A stretch of DNA of 64,000 nucleotides from Octopus sinensis (lineage: Eukaryota). Positions 27,440-40,110 of the stretch are shown here, piece after piece (the first letter of the stretch is position 1; every line of letters begins with the position of its first letter). The stretch covers positions 1,743-65,742 of the forward strand of contig NW_021833877.1 of the NCBI RefSeq assembly GCF_006345805.1. The letters are read 5' to 3'. The notes below the pieces were generated by a model, which was not told the DNA's origin, ran no database searches, and saw only the letters and a list, made by a program, of their open reading frames with translations. The position numbers were made by a program, and so were the translations under genes.

Positions 27440-27580
27440 AGGGCAGCGACTGCGGAATCGTTAGCTCACCGGGTAAAATGCTTAGCGGCATTTTGTCCGT
27501 CTTTACGTCCTGAATTCAAATTCCACCAAGATCGACTTTGCCCTTCATCCTTTCGGTATCGATAAAATAAACACCAGTCT
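27440..27580 (+). mobile_element. SINE family A, diverged
   Basis: aagggcagcgactgcggaatcgttagc...gaattcaaattccaccaagatcgactttgcccttcatcctttcggtatcgataaaa. Confidence 0.85.
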
Positions 27581-28024
27581 TCCGCAAAATGACTGCTCTT
27601 CCGCGCGAACATTTGAAATCAATAATATGGTAAGACCCACAAAGAACAGCTTTCTTGAAGAATTCTCTTCGCCAAATGCCAGATTAGTTTGAGCTTGACT
27701 TGGGATATATTTATTACAAGTAACAGCATATAAGGAGAGTTTCTAGGTCTGTGGATTGCGATATGATTATATTTCTAAAAAAGAAGAAGGAAGGAATTAA
27801 GATATTTTTAAGTCCATGGCAGCTGAACTAAGATATTGGAATTTGTTACCCGGGGAGATTTTCAGACAAATATGTACGTATCAATACAATGCGGCCCGCG
27901 ACCACTATCAAATGTTCATTCAAAACTCTCTAACAACAACAAAGAGTAGAGGTAGAGTAGATCTAACTCCAAGAGGTCCCTCACCAAGTTGGAACGAATG
28001 AAAAAACCGTGGACAGATAGCGCC

Positions 28025-28410
28025 TGCGTTTATTCCGAAAGGATAAAAGGCAAAGTTGACCTCGGCGGAATTTGAACTCAGAACGTAACGGCAGACGAAA
28101 TACCTCTAAACATTTCGCCCGGCGTGCTAACGATTCTGCCAGCTCGCCGCCCTCTTTGAATTCATTACATTACCACCTATTTCTTTACTACCCACAAGGG
28201 GCTAAACACAGAGGGGACAAACCAGGACTGACAAACGGATTAAGTCGTTTACATCGACCCCTGTGCGTAACTGGTACTTAATTTATCGACCCCGAAAGGA
28301 TGAAAGTTAAGTCGACCTCGGCGGAATTTGAACTCAGAACGTAGCGGCAGACGAAATACCTCTAAGCATTTCGCCCGGCGTGCTAACGATTCTGCCAGCT
28401 CGCCACCTTC
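28025..28410 (-). mobile_element. Two adjacent SINE family A copies (partial + full) separated by a duplicated 25 bp flank
   Basis: Both heads end in ctgccagctcgcc and are followed by tctttgaattcattac(a/t)t(t/a)accacc (about 28152-28178 and 28408-28434). Confidence 0.9.
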
Positions 28411-28989
28411 TTTGAATTCATTACTTAACCACCGCTTCGTTACATGATATCTCCCAAAACTCAAGGATATAAAAGAAATAAACTCCATCTCCTTGTTTGC
28501 TCCTTTTGGATGCTCCTGAAAAGAGATGAAGAGGCCTAGATTAGTCCTCTTTGTGTAGATCACGTGAGGAAAGCTAAACCAGAAGACGTTGACTCCGAGA
28601 CATTTTGGAGAGATAAATCCATGCCAAAGAAAGTCTGTTATTAGGCAGCGCCGTTCAATAGCTGTATTTAATTAAACCTGTGTTATTCAGATTTCAATTC
28701 TGGCAAAGTCTACTTGAACCTTTGATCTTTCCGTGGTTGATAAATTAATGCACCAGTTAAATACTGGGGTCGACTGAATCGTCTGTAACCTTCCACAAAG
28801 TTTGTGGCCTTTTGCCAACGTTAGAAATCAATATTTTAATATTATTGAACGGACGCAATGCCTTGCGGTATTTATACTTTCATGAATGCATATTTGTACG
28901 TATACATGACTGTTTGTGTGTACGTGTGTGTGTGTATGTGTGTGTGTGAGTGTGTGTTTGTCTGTTCCTGAGATTGTCTGCGTGTGTGT

Positions 28990-29450
28990 TTGTGTGGTTT
29001 CGTGTTTGTCTGTAGTGTGTGTGTGTGTGTGTGCGTGTCTGTGTATGTGTGTTTGTCAGTAGTGTATGTGTGTGTGTTTGTCTGTAGTGTGTGTGTGTGT
29101 GTCAGTAGTGTGTGTGTGTGTGTTCGTCAGTAGTGTGTGTGTGTGTGTTTGTCTGTAGTGTGTGTGTGTGTGTCAGTAGTGTGTGTGTGTGTGTCGTCAG
29201 TAGTGTGTGTGTGTGTGTTTGTCTGTAGTGTGTGTGTGTGTGTCAGTAGTGTGTGTGTGTGTGTTCGTCAGTAGTGTGTGTGTGTGTTTGTCTGTAGTGT
29301 GTGTGTGTGTGTCAGTAGTGTGTGTGTGTGTGTGTTCGTCAGTAGTGTATGTGTGTGTGTTTGTCTGTAGTGTGTGTGTCAGTAGTGTGTGTTTGTGTCA
29401 GTAGTGTGTGTGTGTGTGTGTGTGTGTGTTTGTCAGTAGTGTGTGTGTGT
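28990..29450. repeat. Higher-order minisatellite built on (GT)n: alternating gtcagtagt(gt)n and tttgtctgtagt(gt)n units
   Basis: Directly visible; more than 15 units. Confidence 0.9.
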
Positions 29451-29891
29451 GCTTATTTCAGTTCAATATATTATAACATATTTAGCGTCAGCAAACATAT
29501 TTAGTCTCGTCGTAACCGAATTTTGCAGCAGAAATCCCAAGTTTATACGGGAGACACGTGATAAGCATTCCGAATATTGCGTTCGTTCGATTTCGATGAC
29601 GACTCTTTAATTCTGATATAACCAAAATCTTGTTATTCCATCGTCTACACGAAGACATATTATAGAATTCTGTTCGTGTAGCGAAAGCGATGTCAGGGAC
29701 GGGTGGAAGCGTCATTATAAACGAACGACCATAACTACATACAAATATATGGTGTATACACAAATACATTCGGTAGTTTAGAGAGGAAAGCTTAGCGATC
29801 TTGAAGAAATTTTGGGGGCTGGTCACTCTTGTCAATTAACGAAAGGTATTGTATAGAAAGGGGAGAATCGGAGTGTGGGATGCACATGTGT

Positions 29892-29922
<31 letters not shown>

Positions 29923-29954
29923 TATATACACACACACGCACACACACATATATA

Positions 29955-30150
29955 GTCATTTGGCCGGAGCCATGCTGGAGTACCGTCTTTAGTCGAACAA
30001 ATCGACCCCGGGGCTTAATCTTTGTAAGCCTTGTACTTATTCTATCGGGCCACTTTTGCCGAACTGCTAAGTCACGGGGACGTAAACGCACCAGCATCGG
30101 TTGTCGAGCGATGGTGGGGGACAAACACAGACACACAAACATATACATAC
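29955..30150 (-). mobile_element. tRNA-derived SINE family C, 3' part; other copies at about 21605-21665, 33146-33220, 37305-37440, 40165-40505, 46505-47000 and 62835-63218 (all -)
   Basis: Shared block gccatgctggagcaccgcctttagtcgaacaaatcgacccc...cttttgccgaactgctaagt...ggggacaaacacagacacac. tRNA-like head (reverse complement of gtgggactgaaccc...accacacagcc) at 21630-21660 and 63165-63210. Confidence 0.85.
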
Positions 30151-30199
30151 ATGTGTGGGTGTGTGTGCGTGTGTGAGTATGCACGTTCTCTTATGTTTT

Positions 30200-31330
30200 T
30201 CATTATTTAAATTCTTCCTCAGATGAAGGAGCTGGTTTCTAACAAAGATATAAAGCTTCGTCTTTATATGTATGCATGTATGCATGTATGTATGTATGCA
30301 AGTATGTATGTATGTATGTATGTATGTATGTATGTATGTATGTACGTATGTATGTCTCTTCTATTTTTTTAATTATGGGAAAAATCTTCCACTGAGATGG
30401 GAGACGGTTTCCAACAAAGAGACAAGGCTCCAACTTTGGGATGTAGTTAAAACAGACAAATTCACATTTGGAACTTGAGAAAAGTCTTGCATATTTTTAC
30501 TGTTCCACTCACAGATTGTATTTGTAATGTACGAATTAACCGGTCGATTTCTCTTTCTGAAATTCTCATTTTATCCAGAATTTCCTTTAAGCATTTACTA
30601 GCAAAACCTAGTGCTCCAATTATTATTGGTATGAATATGAATTCATAGTCTGGATATAGAAGCTGGAGGTTTCGATGTAGTTGTCCATAGATATCCTCTT
30701 TTTCTTTGATTTTCAAAGAGATATTTATATCTGCAGGGCAACTAACCTCTATGATGGTACATACCTTTTCCCCTCTGTACCAAACTACAATATCCGGCCT
30801 GTTATGTTTACATTTGACAGAGGTTTTTGGTGGGAATATTCCACCAGTATTCCTTGAGTTGGTGTTTATGAGTGTATTCCATAACAGAGGGATTTTCTAA
30901 GTTTATTTCAGGACAGTCATTTTTGCGAATGACATTGTAAATTGTTTTCGCGACAACATCGTGCCGCTTAGGGAGGTAGTACCGTGACGACATTTTAGGA
31001 CAGCTGCTAATCACATGTGTGATGTCTTCCACAGAAATATGACATAGCCTACACATACGATTGCACCTTGGGACTACGAGAGCGTCACTGTCTCTCTTGT
31101 TCACCTGGTACTTTGTGGCAATCTCCTGTTCCTGGATTGCAAACGCATAGCCTTCAAAGTGTGACGTGATGTAGTGGTCTTGGGTCAACATGAGGCTGCG
31201 CTTCGTGTCAAGTCTACTGTCTTCTTCAAGCTCCCGGGCAACATACATATGCATAGTCTTTTTTTGTATGCTGAGTCCTTTCCATCAATGTCTTCTCTGA
31301 GGTAAGAGAACCCAGCTGTTTTGAGGCTGT
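30200..31330 (-). mobile_element. R4/Dong-type (R2 superfamily) non-LTR retrotransposon 3' remnant: CCHC knuckle, restriction-like endonuclease, 3' UTR
   Basis: CRLCHISVEDITHVISSCP (CCHC), RHDVVAK, HNRPDIVVWYRGEKVCTIIEVSCPADINISLKIKEKEDIYGQL (PD..E..K RLE motif), IPIIIGALG, LQIQSVSGTVKICKTFLKF. Confidence 0.88.
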
Positions 31331-31379
31331 ATAGGAGATCATCTGGAAGAGAGTGCTTGTATGTATGTATGTATGTATG

Positions 31380-31690
31380 TATGTATGTATGTATGTATGT
31401 ATGTATGTATGTATGTATGTATTACGTATGTACGTACGTATGTATGTATGCATTCCCTTCTCTTTATATTTATTTGAAGTTCGATCAAAACAGTAGCTGG
31501 TTTCTAAAAAATACAAGGCTCCATCGTTGGAAACTAGATAACAAAAAAAAATACACATTCTGAACTTGAGGAAAGTCTTGCATACTTTTACTGTTCCACT
31601 TAAAGATTGTATTTGTAATGTGCTTGTTAGCTGGTTGCTGTCTTTTTCTGAAAACCTTAGCTTGGCCAGATTTTCCCTTAGGTAGGAGGA
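31380..31690 (-). mobile_element. Second 3' fragment of the same RLE-LINE family
   Basis: gaaagtcttgcatactttta ctgttccact taaagattgtatttgtaatgt nearly repeats 30480-30530; abuts (GTAT)n. Confidence 0.8.
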
Positions 31691-31958
31691 ATTCCAACCG
31701 CGTTTTGTAGTTTGCTACCTCAACAGCTCCTTTATAGGATCCAGTGGCTAAAGACATCATCAGGATGACCCACGTCCGATTTCGGCCCCTACTCCTCTAC
31801 CGTTTTCAACGTGGCTCTCCCCTTCTTGTCGGAGTTGTCTTCAGCTCTAGTGTTGAGTGCATTTTTTCTTTCTCCTTCTTTCTTCTGTTCCCTGGCCTCC
31901 TCGATCCAGCCTCAACGACTGTCAGCGGGTGACTGACCATCCTGCCAAATTTCCCTTT
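31690..31958 (-). repeat. Interspersed repeat family B, copy 2
   Basis: Reverse complement of 7625-7905. Confidence 0.85.
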
Positions 31959-31959
31959 A

Positions 31960-32115
31960 AATACTCACTTGTAGGCTCCAGCAGCCATTAAAAATAAAAC
32001 AAAGTGCACCAATTATTGTTGGTATAAGTGTCAATTTATAATCTGGATAAAGAAGCTGGAGGTTTCGAAACCCTTTCCTTTTCTTTCTCTTTAGTTTTCG
32101 AAGTGATTCACATTT
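31960..32115 (-). mobile_element. Third RLE-LINE fragment
   Basis: FRNLQLLYPDYKLTLIPTIIGAL matches HRNLQLLYPDYEFIFIPIIIGAL at about 30610-30680. Confidence 0.75.
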
Positions 32116-33244
32116 AGCAAGACAGCTGACCTCTGTATGCATGTAAATGTGTTTATATATATGTGAATATGTACTTATGCGTGTATGAATATGTGTATGT
32201 ATGCATATAAAAATATATATGTGTATATAAATGTCGACTTAGTTATTTCAAGCAGAGGCGCGTAGTTTAGTGGTTAGTGTGTTGGATTCATGATCGTAAG
32301 ATTGTAGTTTCGATTCCTGGTCCAAGCGTTGCATAGTGTTCCTGAGTAAACCATTTCATTCCTCGTTGCTCCAGGCTCTTCAGCTTGCAAAAATAAGTAA
32401 TCCTGCGAAGGAATGGCGTCCAGTCCAGGGGGGGGCAGTATATATGCCACAGAAAGTGGAGAACTGGGCTTATGAGTTTATATGGCTCGGAGAAGGAGCT
32501 TCATTTTCTGTTTTTAATTTATTTTACATTACGAATCAAGATTGCATACGGAGTATTGGCAGAATCGTTAGAGCATTGGACAAAATTCCTTACAATATTT
32601 ATTACTGACTCTTGTCGTTCTAGTGTTCAAATCACGACATGGGTAATCTTTCCTTTCATCCTTCCTCGGACGATAATATAAATACTAGTCAGAGATCGGG
32701 GTAAATTTCAATCACCACTAAAAAAGGCACCTAAAACATTTAGTTGAAAAGGTTATCATGCTACGAAAGTGTAGTCGTTCGCAGCTGATGGCTGGCTCTT
32801 AAATATATTGTCACGCGTGGGTGATTGTGGTTAAGTGTTTAGTCATAAGTTAGCCATGACCAAACATATATAAACAAAGATGTTCAAAATATGAGCATCT
32901 TGTCTTTTATACAAACAGTTTATCTAAAAGTATATAATCGGTTCTAATAAAGGCTATGGATTTGGGGAAGAGGTATTAGTCGCTAGCATTGACCCTGGGC
33001 CTTGACTGGTGCTATATTTTATCGACCTCGGCAGAGTAAAAAGCAAAGATGTCCTAGCTAACTCAGAATGCAAACGGTTATAACTAATTACTGCAAAGCT
33101 CTATTGGTTTGAGAGCGTAACGTTTCTGCCATCATTTAAGATATAACTCTCTTTACTCTTTTACTTGTTTCTGTCATTTGACTGTGGCCATGCTGGAGCA
33201 CCGCCTTTAGTCGAGCAAATATAATTTGTTAATTAATTTGAAGA

Positions 33245-33430
33245 CAAAGGCAGCGATCCAGCAGAATCGTTAACAGACCGGAACAAAATGCTTGGTAGTA
33301 TTATATCCGCCTTTACGTCCTAAGTTCAAATTCCACCGAAGTCGACTTAGCCCATCCTTTCATGATAAATAAAGTACCAGTCAAGTACTAAGGTCGATGT
33401 AATATAATAAACCCTCCTCTTAAAATAGCA
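33245..33430 (+). mobile_element. SINE family A, diverged; further diverged copies at about 28655-28830 (+), 32940-33130 (-), 34060-34160 (+), 34370-34500 (-), 35565-35750 (+), 36335-36580 (+), 38700-38880 (+), 49080-49160 (-), 52260-52460 (+), 58650-58800 (+)
   Basis: aaggcagcgatccagcagaatcgttaac...taagttcaaattccaccgaagtcgacttagcccatcc. Confidence 0.8.
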
Positions 33431-33532
33431 TTGTGCCAAAATTTGAAATCATTATTATTATAAAGACAGCACGTGTGGTTTGGAGATGTTTGTCTTTTTT
33501 TCTTGCAGGTCGAGTGTTCACAAAATGGCTTC

Positions 33533-33587
<55 letters not shown>

Positions 33588-35202
33588 CTGTAGTAGTAGT
33601 GGTAGTAGCAGCAGCAGCAACAAGAAAAACATTAGTGAGGAGTGTGATGTGAATTATTTACTGTCGCGTTGCTTCAATGATCTTAATTAGCGTTGGTGTT
33701 GTTTTTTCTCTGCCAATTAGTCAGAGAAGAAAGGTCACTACGTAAGCCATGACCGTTGATTTTGTTTATCATACCTCACCTCCCGAGACTGGGGTATGAA
33801 AGTGTGAGAGTTTTCCTCATCGCTGAGAACTACTCCGCTGAGAACTGCCCCGAGAACTAGTCCGCTTCGAACTGCTCCGTTTCATATCCGTTTTTGTCCA
33901 AATACAGATGTGAAACGGGGCAGCGGAACAAGTGTACGAATTAATATCGGAAACTGCAAGGAACCGAGATGAATACAGCAAAGTATTTTGTGCCACGTTA
34001 AAGCAACCCCACAAACTCCTAAACTGGATTAAGCCGCCGATTGTCAGAGTCGTTAGAGAGTTGGATAAATTGCTTTGCAGTAATCGTTCCGGCTCTCTAC
34101 ATTCTGAGTTCAAACCACGCCGAGATTAACTTTGCCTTTTATTTTCTAGAAGTCGATAAATTACCAGTCATATACCCGGGAAGATTTTTGTATTTATTTC
34201 ACTCGTTTTGTCTGTCATGACTTTCCTTCTTCTGATAGACGTCGGTTGTGTTCAGGCGTAGAGAGGGAGGGGATCCTCCAACTCTAAAACTACCGAAGAC
34301 ACGCCGTATATTATACAACGGCGTCTCTACAACTCCATTAAAGACTTGAGTGCCCACGAGAAGGTTACCTGAACTGATAGTTTATTTTATCGATTTGAAC
34401 AAATGAAAATCAAAGTTTACTTCAGAGGGATTTGAACTCGAGATGCAGATGTCCAGAACAAACACCACACGGTACATTGTCAAACGCGTTAACGATTTTC
34501 CCAACGCAACACCTAAATTTAAATCTCTGGTTTAGAGATTATTCTGGTAGTTTTGATGGTGTAAATTGCTGTTGTTCTGGCGATGACACAGTAGCAGCAG
34601 CAGCAACAGCAGCAGCAGAAGTAGTAGTAGCTGCTACAGTTGTTATGGTGGTGGTGATGATTGCTGTAATGGTGGTGGTGTTTGTTATCGTTTATCTGGT
34701 GAGGGTAATAGGGCAGACGTTTCTGTGTGTTGTCGTCGTCATCGTCGAAGTAGTAGTAGTGGTTTTGTTCTTGTTGTTACTTTGGCGATAGTAGTCATTA
34801 TTTGTTTTTTAGTGATGCAAAAAAAAATTTTTTTTCCCTTTTTTTGTATCGAAAATTTTTTGTTCAATGTTTGCTTGCTTTGCTCCAATCGCCAGATACA
34901 ATAATATATCTAATTGACCGCGCCTGCGCACACGTCTTTCTTATCTCTCATGCACGCATGCACGAACGAACCAACCAACGAACGCACGCACATAGGTTGC
35001 CTTTTATTCCCCCTTCCCTTCTTGCCCCCGATGCGCCTTTTCCCTTCCCGCTTCTCTCTCTCACCCTTTCTCTCTCTCTCTCTCCTTGTATCTCCCCTTA
35101 TCTATCTAACCACTCTTTCTAGACAACAACAATCCAATCAGATGCAACAAGGCAAGCAATCAACTGATTTGTTGTTATTACGAATTCATAAGTGTTTCAC
35201 GC

Positions 35203-35260
<58 letters not shown>

Positions 35261-35261
35261 G

Positions 35262-35293
<32 letters not shown>

Positions 35294-35461
35294 GTCACCA
35301 GCCGCTCACATAATTCCTGCTAAGACTTTGCTTTCCTCTGCTGCTCCATTTTACAGTTGCTTTATTTCATTTTATTCTTTTCTTTTCTATTTTATTCTCG
35401 GTTTTGCGTTTAAATTCTGTATTTCCTCCTTCTAACCTCCTAACAAACTGCTTCGATCATT

Positions 35462-35508
<47 letters not shown>

Positions 35509-35849
35509 GTGGTTGGTGTTGTTGTTGTTGTTATTATTATTATTATCATCATCATTATTATTAGGGCGGTGTGCTGGCAGAATCGTTACCACGCCGATAA
35601 GAATGCTTGTTGACATTTCGTACGTCCTTACGTTCAGAGTTCAAATTCCGCCGAGGTCGACTTTGCCTTTCGTCCTTTTAGCGAAACACTGGGGTCGATG
35701 TAATCGACTTAACCCCTCCCCCAAAGTTTCAGGCATTGTGCCCTTAGCAGAAAGGATTATTGTTGTTGCTGCTGTTGTTGTTATTATTAATATTCATACA
35801 CACACAACAAGTTAGACTGTTGGAAAAGGAAAATTATTAATCGGGTTAC

Positions 35850-36330
35850 AATTAGACTTAGGTGCCAAGAACCCTCTTATCAAGTTACAGCAAGTAAGCT
35901 TAGATGCTTAGAACCCTCCTAAATATCGTAGATATCCCTAATAACACTGTTTTCTGCAGTTGTACTAAACTAGGTTTTTTTGTCTAACCCTCTATCCATC
36001 TGTTCAGATCTTTAGGGATAGCTCTCAAAGCTCATATAACTACTGGGATTCATTTTACCCACCATTTCCATAGTCTCTATAATTCAATAGCTAGGTCCTG
36101 GTACTTCGCTAATTTTTCTGCACTTCCCATATTAATTTTTTCATTATTTGGGACTGTGAAGTCAATTACCTGGCACTTTCTAGTTACTACTACCAAATCA
36201 GGCCTTCTAGTTTCTATTACTCAGTCAGGCCAAATGTTAAAGAAGTTCCACAACTTCTTATATTTCGTACTTTCTATTACTTTTCTTGGTTCATGTTCAT
36301 ACCATTTATCAGTATGGTCAAATTCCGCAT
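35850..36330 (-). mobile_element. R4/Dong-type RLE-LINE 3' remnant
   Basis: DKWYEHEPRKVIE...LWNF...RRPDLVVV...VIDFTVP...EKLAKYQDLAIEL...AVLLGISTIFRRVLSI* with stops. Confidence 0.8.
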
Positions 36331-36580
36331 AGGTTTTTTTTGCCGTTCATCCTTTCGGGGTCAATAAATTAAGTACCAGGTGCGTATTGGGGTCGATCTA
36401 ATCGACTGACCCCCCTCCTCCAAAATTTCTAAGTTCAAGTTCAGGCGAGGTCGACGACTTTGCCTTTACATTCTTTTCTGGGTCGATAAAATAAGTACCA
36501 GCTGAAAACTGGCGTCGATGTAATCGTCTCATCCCTACCTCCCCCCAAATTCCTGCCGTTGTGCAAAATTTGAAACCATT

Positions 36581-36612
<32 letters not shown>

Positions 36613-37092
36613 TATGTTTAGTCCTGGCTGAAATTCTTTCATTTTGCTTCAGTTCTTTGTCATCTTTAAATTTCTTTTGCTCTACTTTCGTTATTTTGTC
36701 TTGTAGCTCATTTCCGTCATCACAGAAAAGCTCATCCTGAAGTACCACGCTTTCGAAATTGCATGTCTTAAAGTCATGCTTTGCTCGATTTTTGTGGCTG
36801 TTTTTTTCTTCCGTCAATGTCTCAACCATTCTTTGTCAGACATTCTTCAATTTCTGTTTGTCGTACTTTTACCTTTCTCTTTATTTTTTCTCTTAACTTT
36901 CTCCTTTTCTCTTTTCGTTTTATATTCCTTTGCTTGTTTCCCTATTCATTTATCTTTTACTAGTTTCAATCATTGGACTGCGGTCACACTGGAGCATCAC
37001 ATTGAATTGTTGTAAAATGGTGGTGGAGACAAGCACAAGCACAGATACACGTTCGCACATACATATATACTTACACAGATCACACATACATA

Positions 37093-37150
<58 letters not shown>

Positions 37151-37241
37151 GCACATATATTCATATATGTATATATATTATATATATATACATACATATA
37201 TACATATACATATACACATGTACATACATATACATATATAC

Positions 37242-37298
<57 letters not shown>

Positions 37299-37937
37299 TA
37301 TATACACGATGGTTTCATGTTGTTTCCTTCTACCAAATCACTCACAAGGAATTGGTCGGCCTTGGGTTATTGTAGAAAATACTTGCTCAACATGCCGGGA
37401 TCCGGAGCTGAACACGAAACCACGTGATATTTTGAACGCTTTTAGTTTCATCATAATTTCCCTTCCTTCCTTCCTTTCTTCCTTTTTCGTTTCCTTCATC
37501 TCACATTTTCTTCATTTTTTCTTTCATTTTCCTTCTTTCTCCATTTCATTCTGTCACTCTTCTTCAATACTTTCATTTTCATGTTGTTCTCTTTCACAAA
37601 CCATTCTTTGAATGTCTATGTGCTTACTCTACTTCGGACTGCAATGTAATACATAATCCAGCTACAGGTGAGCTTTCTAATGAAGGTTCGATTCGCACCC
37701 GAATATTTACTAAGTTCACCTACATAGCTTATACATTCGTGAAATATACATATAGTGTATCTTGCATATGTATATATATATATATATTACCTTCGAAACA
37801 CGCATTGTGTCGAACCAGGGGCAGCTGATGAAGGGTGTTTTGCTCATAAACACACACACATCGCCAGGTCTGAGATTCGAACACGCGAACTTTCGACCGC
37901 GAGTCCGCTGCTCTAACCACTCGGCCACGCGTCTCCA

Positions 37938-37968
<31 letters not shown>

Positions 37969-37975
37969 CTATATC

Positions 37976-38008
<33 letters not shown>

Positions 38009-38092
38009 TATATTATATATATATATATATAATATATATATATGTGATAGATATTTGTTTGTATATGTTTATAGTTGTGAGTTACATATAAG

Positions 38093-38228
38093 GAAGGATC
38101 ACTTAACAATTATCAGGCCTGCCACATGGACGGTTGGTATTCGTCTCCATTTTAGATGAGAAAACAAAATAGAGACAAGTACCAACTTTGCAGTGTGGCA
38201 GGTCTGATAATTATCAAGAGATCCCTTC
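38093..38228. repeat. Imperfect fold-back hairpin
   Basis: gaaggatc..aattatcaggcctgccaca..ttggta versus taccaa..tgtggcaggtctgataatt..gatcccttc. Confidence 0.75.
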
Positions 38229-38883
38229 TGCATGGAACTATTGGTAGCTTTGTTACCTCACAGATAAAAAAATATTTATCCACCAATGCGGTGCTGAGCA
38301 CACATTGTCACTGTGAGATATTACTGTACATATAAAAGTATGCAATACTTCGTTGGCATTGAATACTCACTTTCTCTTGTATTGGAGGCGGAGTTATCTC
38401 CCGCTGGTGATGTATAAAAGAGCGCTTATGTGCACCACAACCTCATATGAGAGGTCCTCTCATGACAGCTATCGTAGTATTTTGCGTTGTAACACAGTAT
38501 CCTCTTTAAGTAGGGATTAATATTACTTATTGTTTTAAGAATTTCAATTCTTTTATAATTTCATTCATCTAACGGCTGTGATTTTATAAAATTGGTTGTC
38601 CTACCCTACACGATTTTGCAGTTATCCTTCCCTTTCTTTTAACGTTGTATATTGCTATGCATGAATGATGATGTGTGTGATTACTCTTAATATATAAAGA
38701 AAAGCCGGACAAAATGCTTAGCGGAATTTTCCCCGGCTCTTTACGTTTTGAGTCAAAATCCTGCTGAGGGATTTAGCCTTCCGGGTTGGTAAGATAAATA
38801 ACAGTCGAACACTGGGGTTGATGTAATCGACTTAAATCCACCTCGAACATGCTACCCTTGTGCCAAAACTTGAAAGCATTTTT

Positions 38884-39100
38884 AAGGCGGCGAGCTGGCA
38901 GGATTATTGGGTACGCCGGGCAAAATGCTTATCGGCATTTCGTCCGTCTTTACGTTCTGAGTTCAAATTCCACTGAGGTCGACCTTGACTTTTATTCTTT
39001 CGGGGTCGATAAAATAAGTCCCAGTTGAGCACTGAGGTCGATGCAATCGACTAGGTTCCTTCCCCAAATTCTTAGGCCTTGCACTTATAGTAGAAAGGAT
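38884..39100 (+). mobile_element. SINE family A, about 130 nt upstream of the exon 39229 acceptor
   Basis: aaggcggcgagctggcagg...ctgagttcaaattccactgaggtcgac...cggggtcgataaaataagt. Confidence 0.88.
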
Positions 39101-39228
39101 TTTTATTATTGTTATTGTTGTTGTTGCTGTTGTTGTTGTTGTTGTTATCATGATAATCCTCCTCACAACCTTCATTATAATACTCGTCCTCCTCATCATG
39201 ATCATCATTATCGTCGTTTATCCAACAG

Positions 39229-39525
39229 GTCTGGTTCCAGAACAGAAGAGCGAAATATCGCAAACAAGAAAAACAGCTAGCGAAATCTTTGTCGCCTGTC
39301 ATTCCAGCCTGTAACGGCATGATGCGGAATATATACCCAACCTCAACTCGAACCTACGCCTACCCAACACCATCCAGTGTTAACACAATGACACGTTACC
39401 CTCAGATGAACACTGCTTACCCCCCTGTCGCTCAGTTTTCACCCATGAGCAGTATGCAAACCACCAATATGACAACAGTCCCAAGACAAGTTCAACAGTT
39501 CCCTATGACATCCGACTATAACCTG
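39229..39525 (+). CDS. PROP1: Prop1-like exon: homeodomain helix 3 end (VWFQNRRAKYRKQEKQL) and P/S/M-rich region
   Basis: Acceptor ttatccaacAG|GTCTGGTTCCAGAACAGAAGA joins in phase 0 to ARIQ; 99 codons ending SDYNL; donor CTG|GTaact at 39526. Q at homeodomain position 50. Confidence 0.95.
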
Positions 39526-39554
39526 GTAACTATTCACCTCTTCTCTACACACTT

Positions 39555-40110
39555 GTGTATGTATGCGTATACATGTGTATGTGTATATATGTGTATGTTT
39601 ATGTATGTATGTGTATGGATTTTGGAGTGGTGTGTATGTGTATGTATGTGTGTGTGTGTATATGTGTATGTTTATGTATGTATATGTATATGTACGTGTA
39701 TATGTGTGTATGGATGTTGGAGTGTGTGTATGTGTGTGTGTGTGTAACTATGTGTATGTATATGTATGTGTATATGTGTGTATGGATGCTGGAGTGTGTG
39801 TATGTATGTGTATGTATATGTATGTGTGTATGTGTGTATGGATATTGGAGTGTGTGTATGTATGTGTATATATGTGTACGTTTATGTATGTATATGTCTG
39901 TGTATATGTGTGTATGGATGCTGGAGTGTGTGTATGTGTATGTGTGTATATATATAGGGTATGTTTATGTATGTGTATGTATATGTATGTGTATGTGTGT
40001 GTATGGATTTTGGAGTGTGTGTGTGTATGTATGTGTGTGTATATATATGTGTATGTTTATATATGTGTATGTATATGTATGTGTATATGTGTGTATGGAT
40101 GCTGGAGTGC
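39555..40110. repeat. Minisatellite of about 60 bp with a tatggatgctggagtg core embedded in (GTAT/GT)n
   Basis: About 8 copies of tatgga(t/y)nytggagtg separated by microsatellite spacers. Confidence 0.9.

Noticed and set aside
28990-29450. Regularly spaced repeats as a CRISPR-like array
   Set aside because: Eukaryotic context; spacers are GT microsatellite rather than unique sequence; no cas genes.
39526-39747. Extension of ORF 39289-39747 past YNL
   Set aside because: Intron and microsatellite sequence after a GTAACT donor; the in-phase conserved terminal exon is at 43066.
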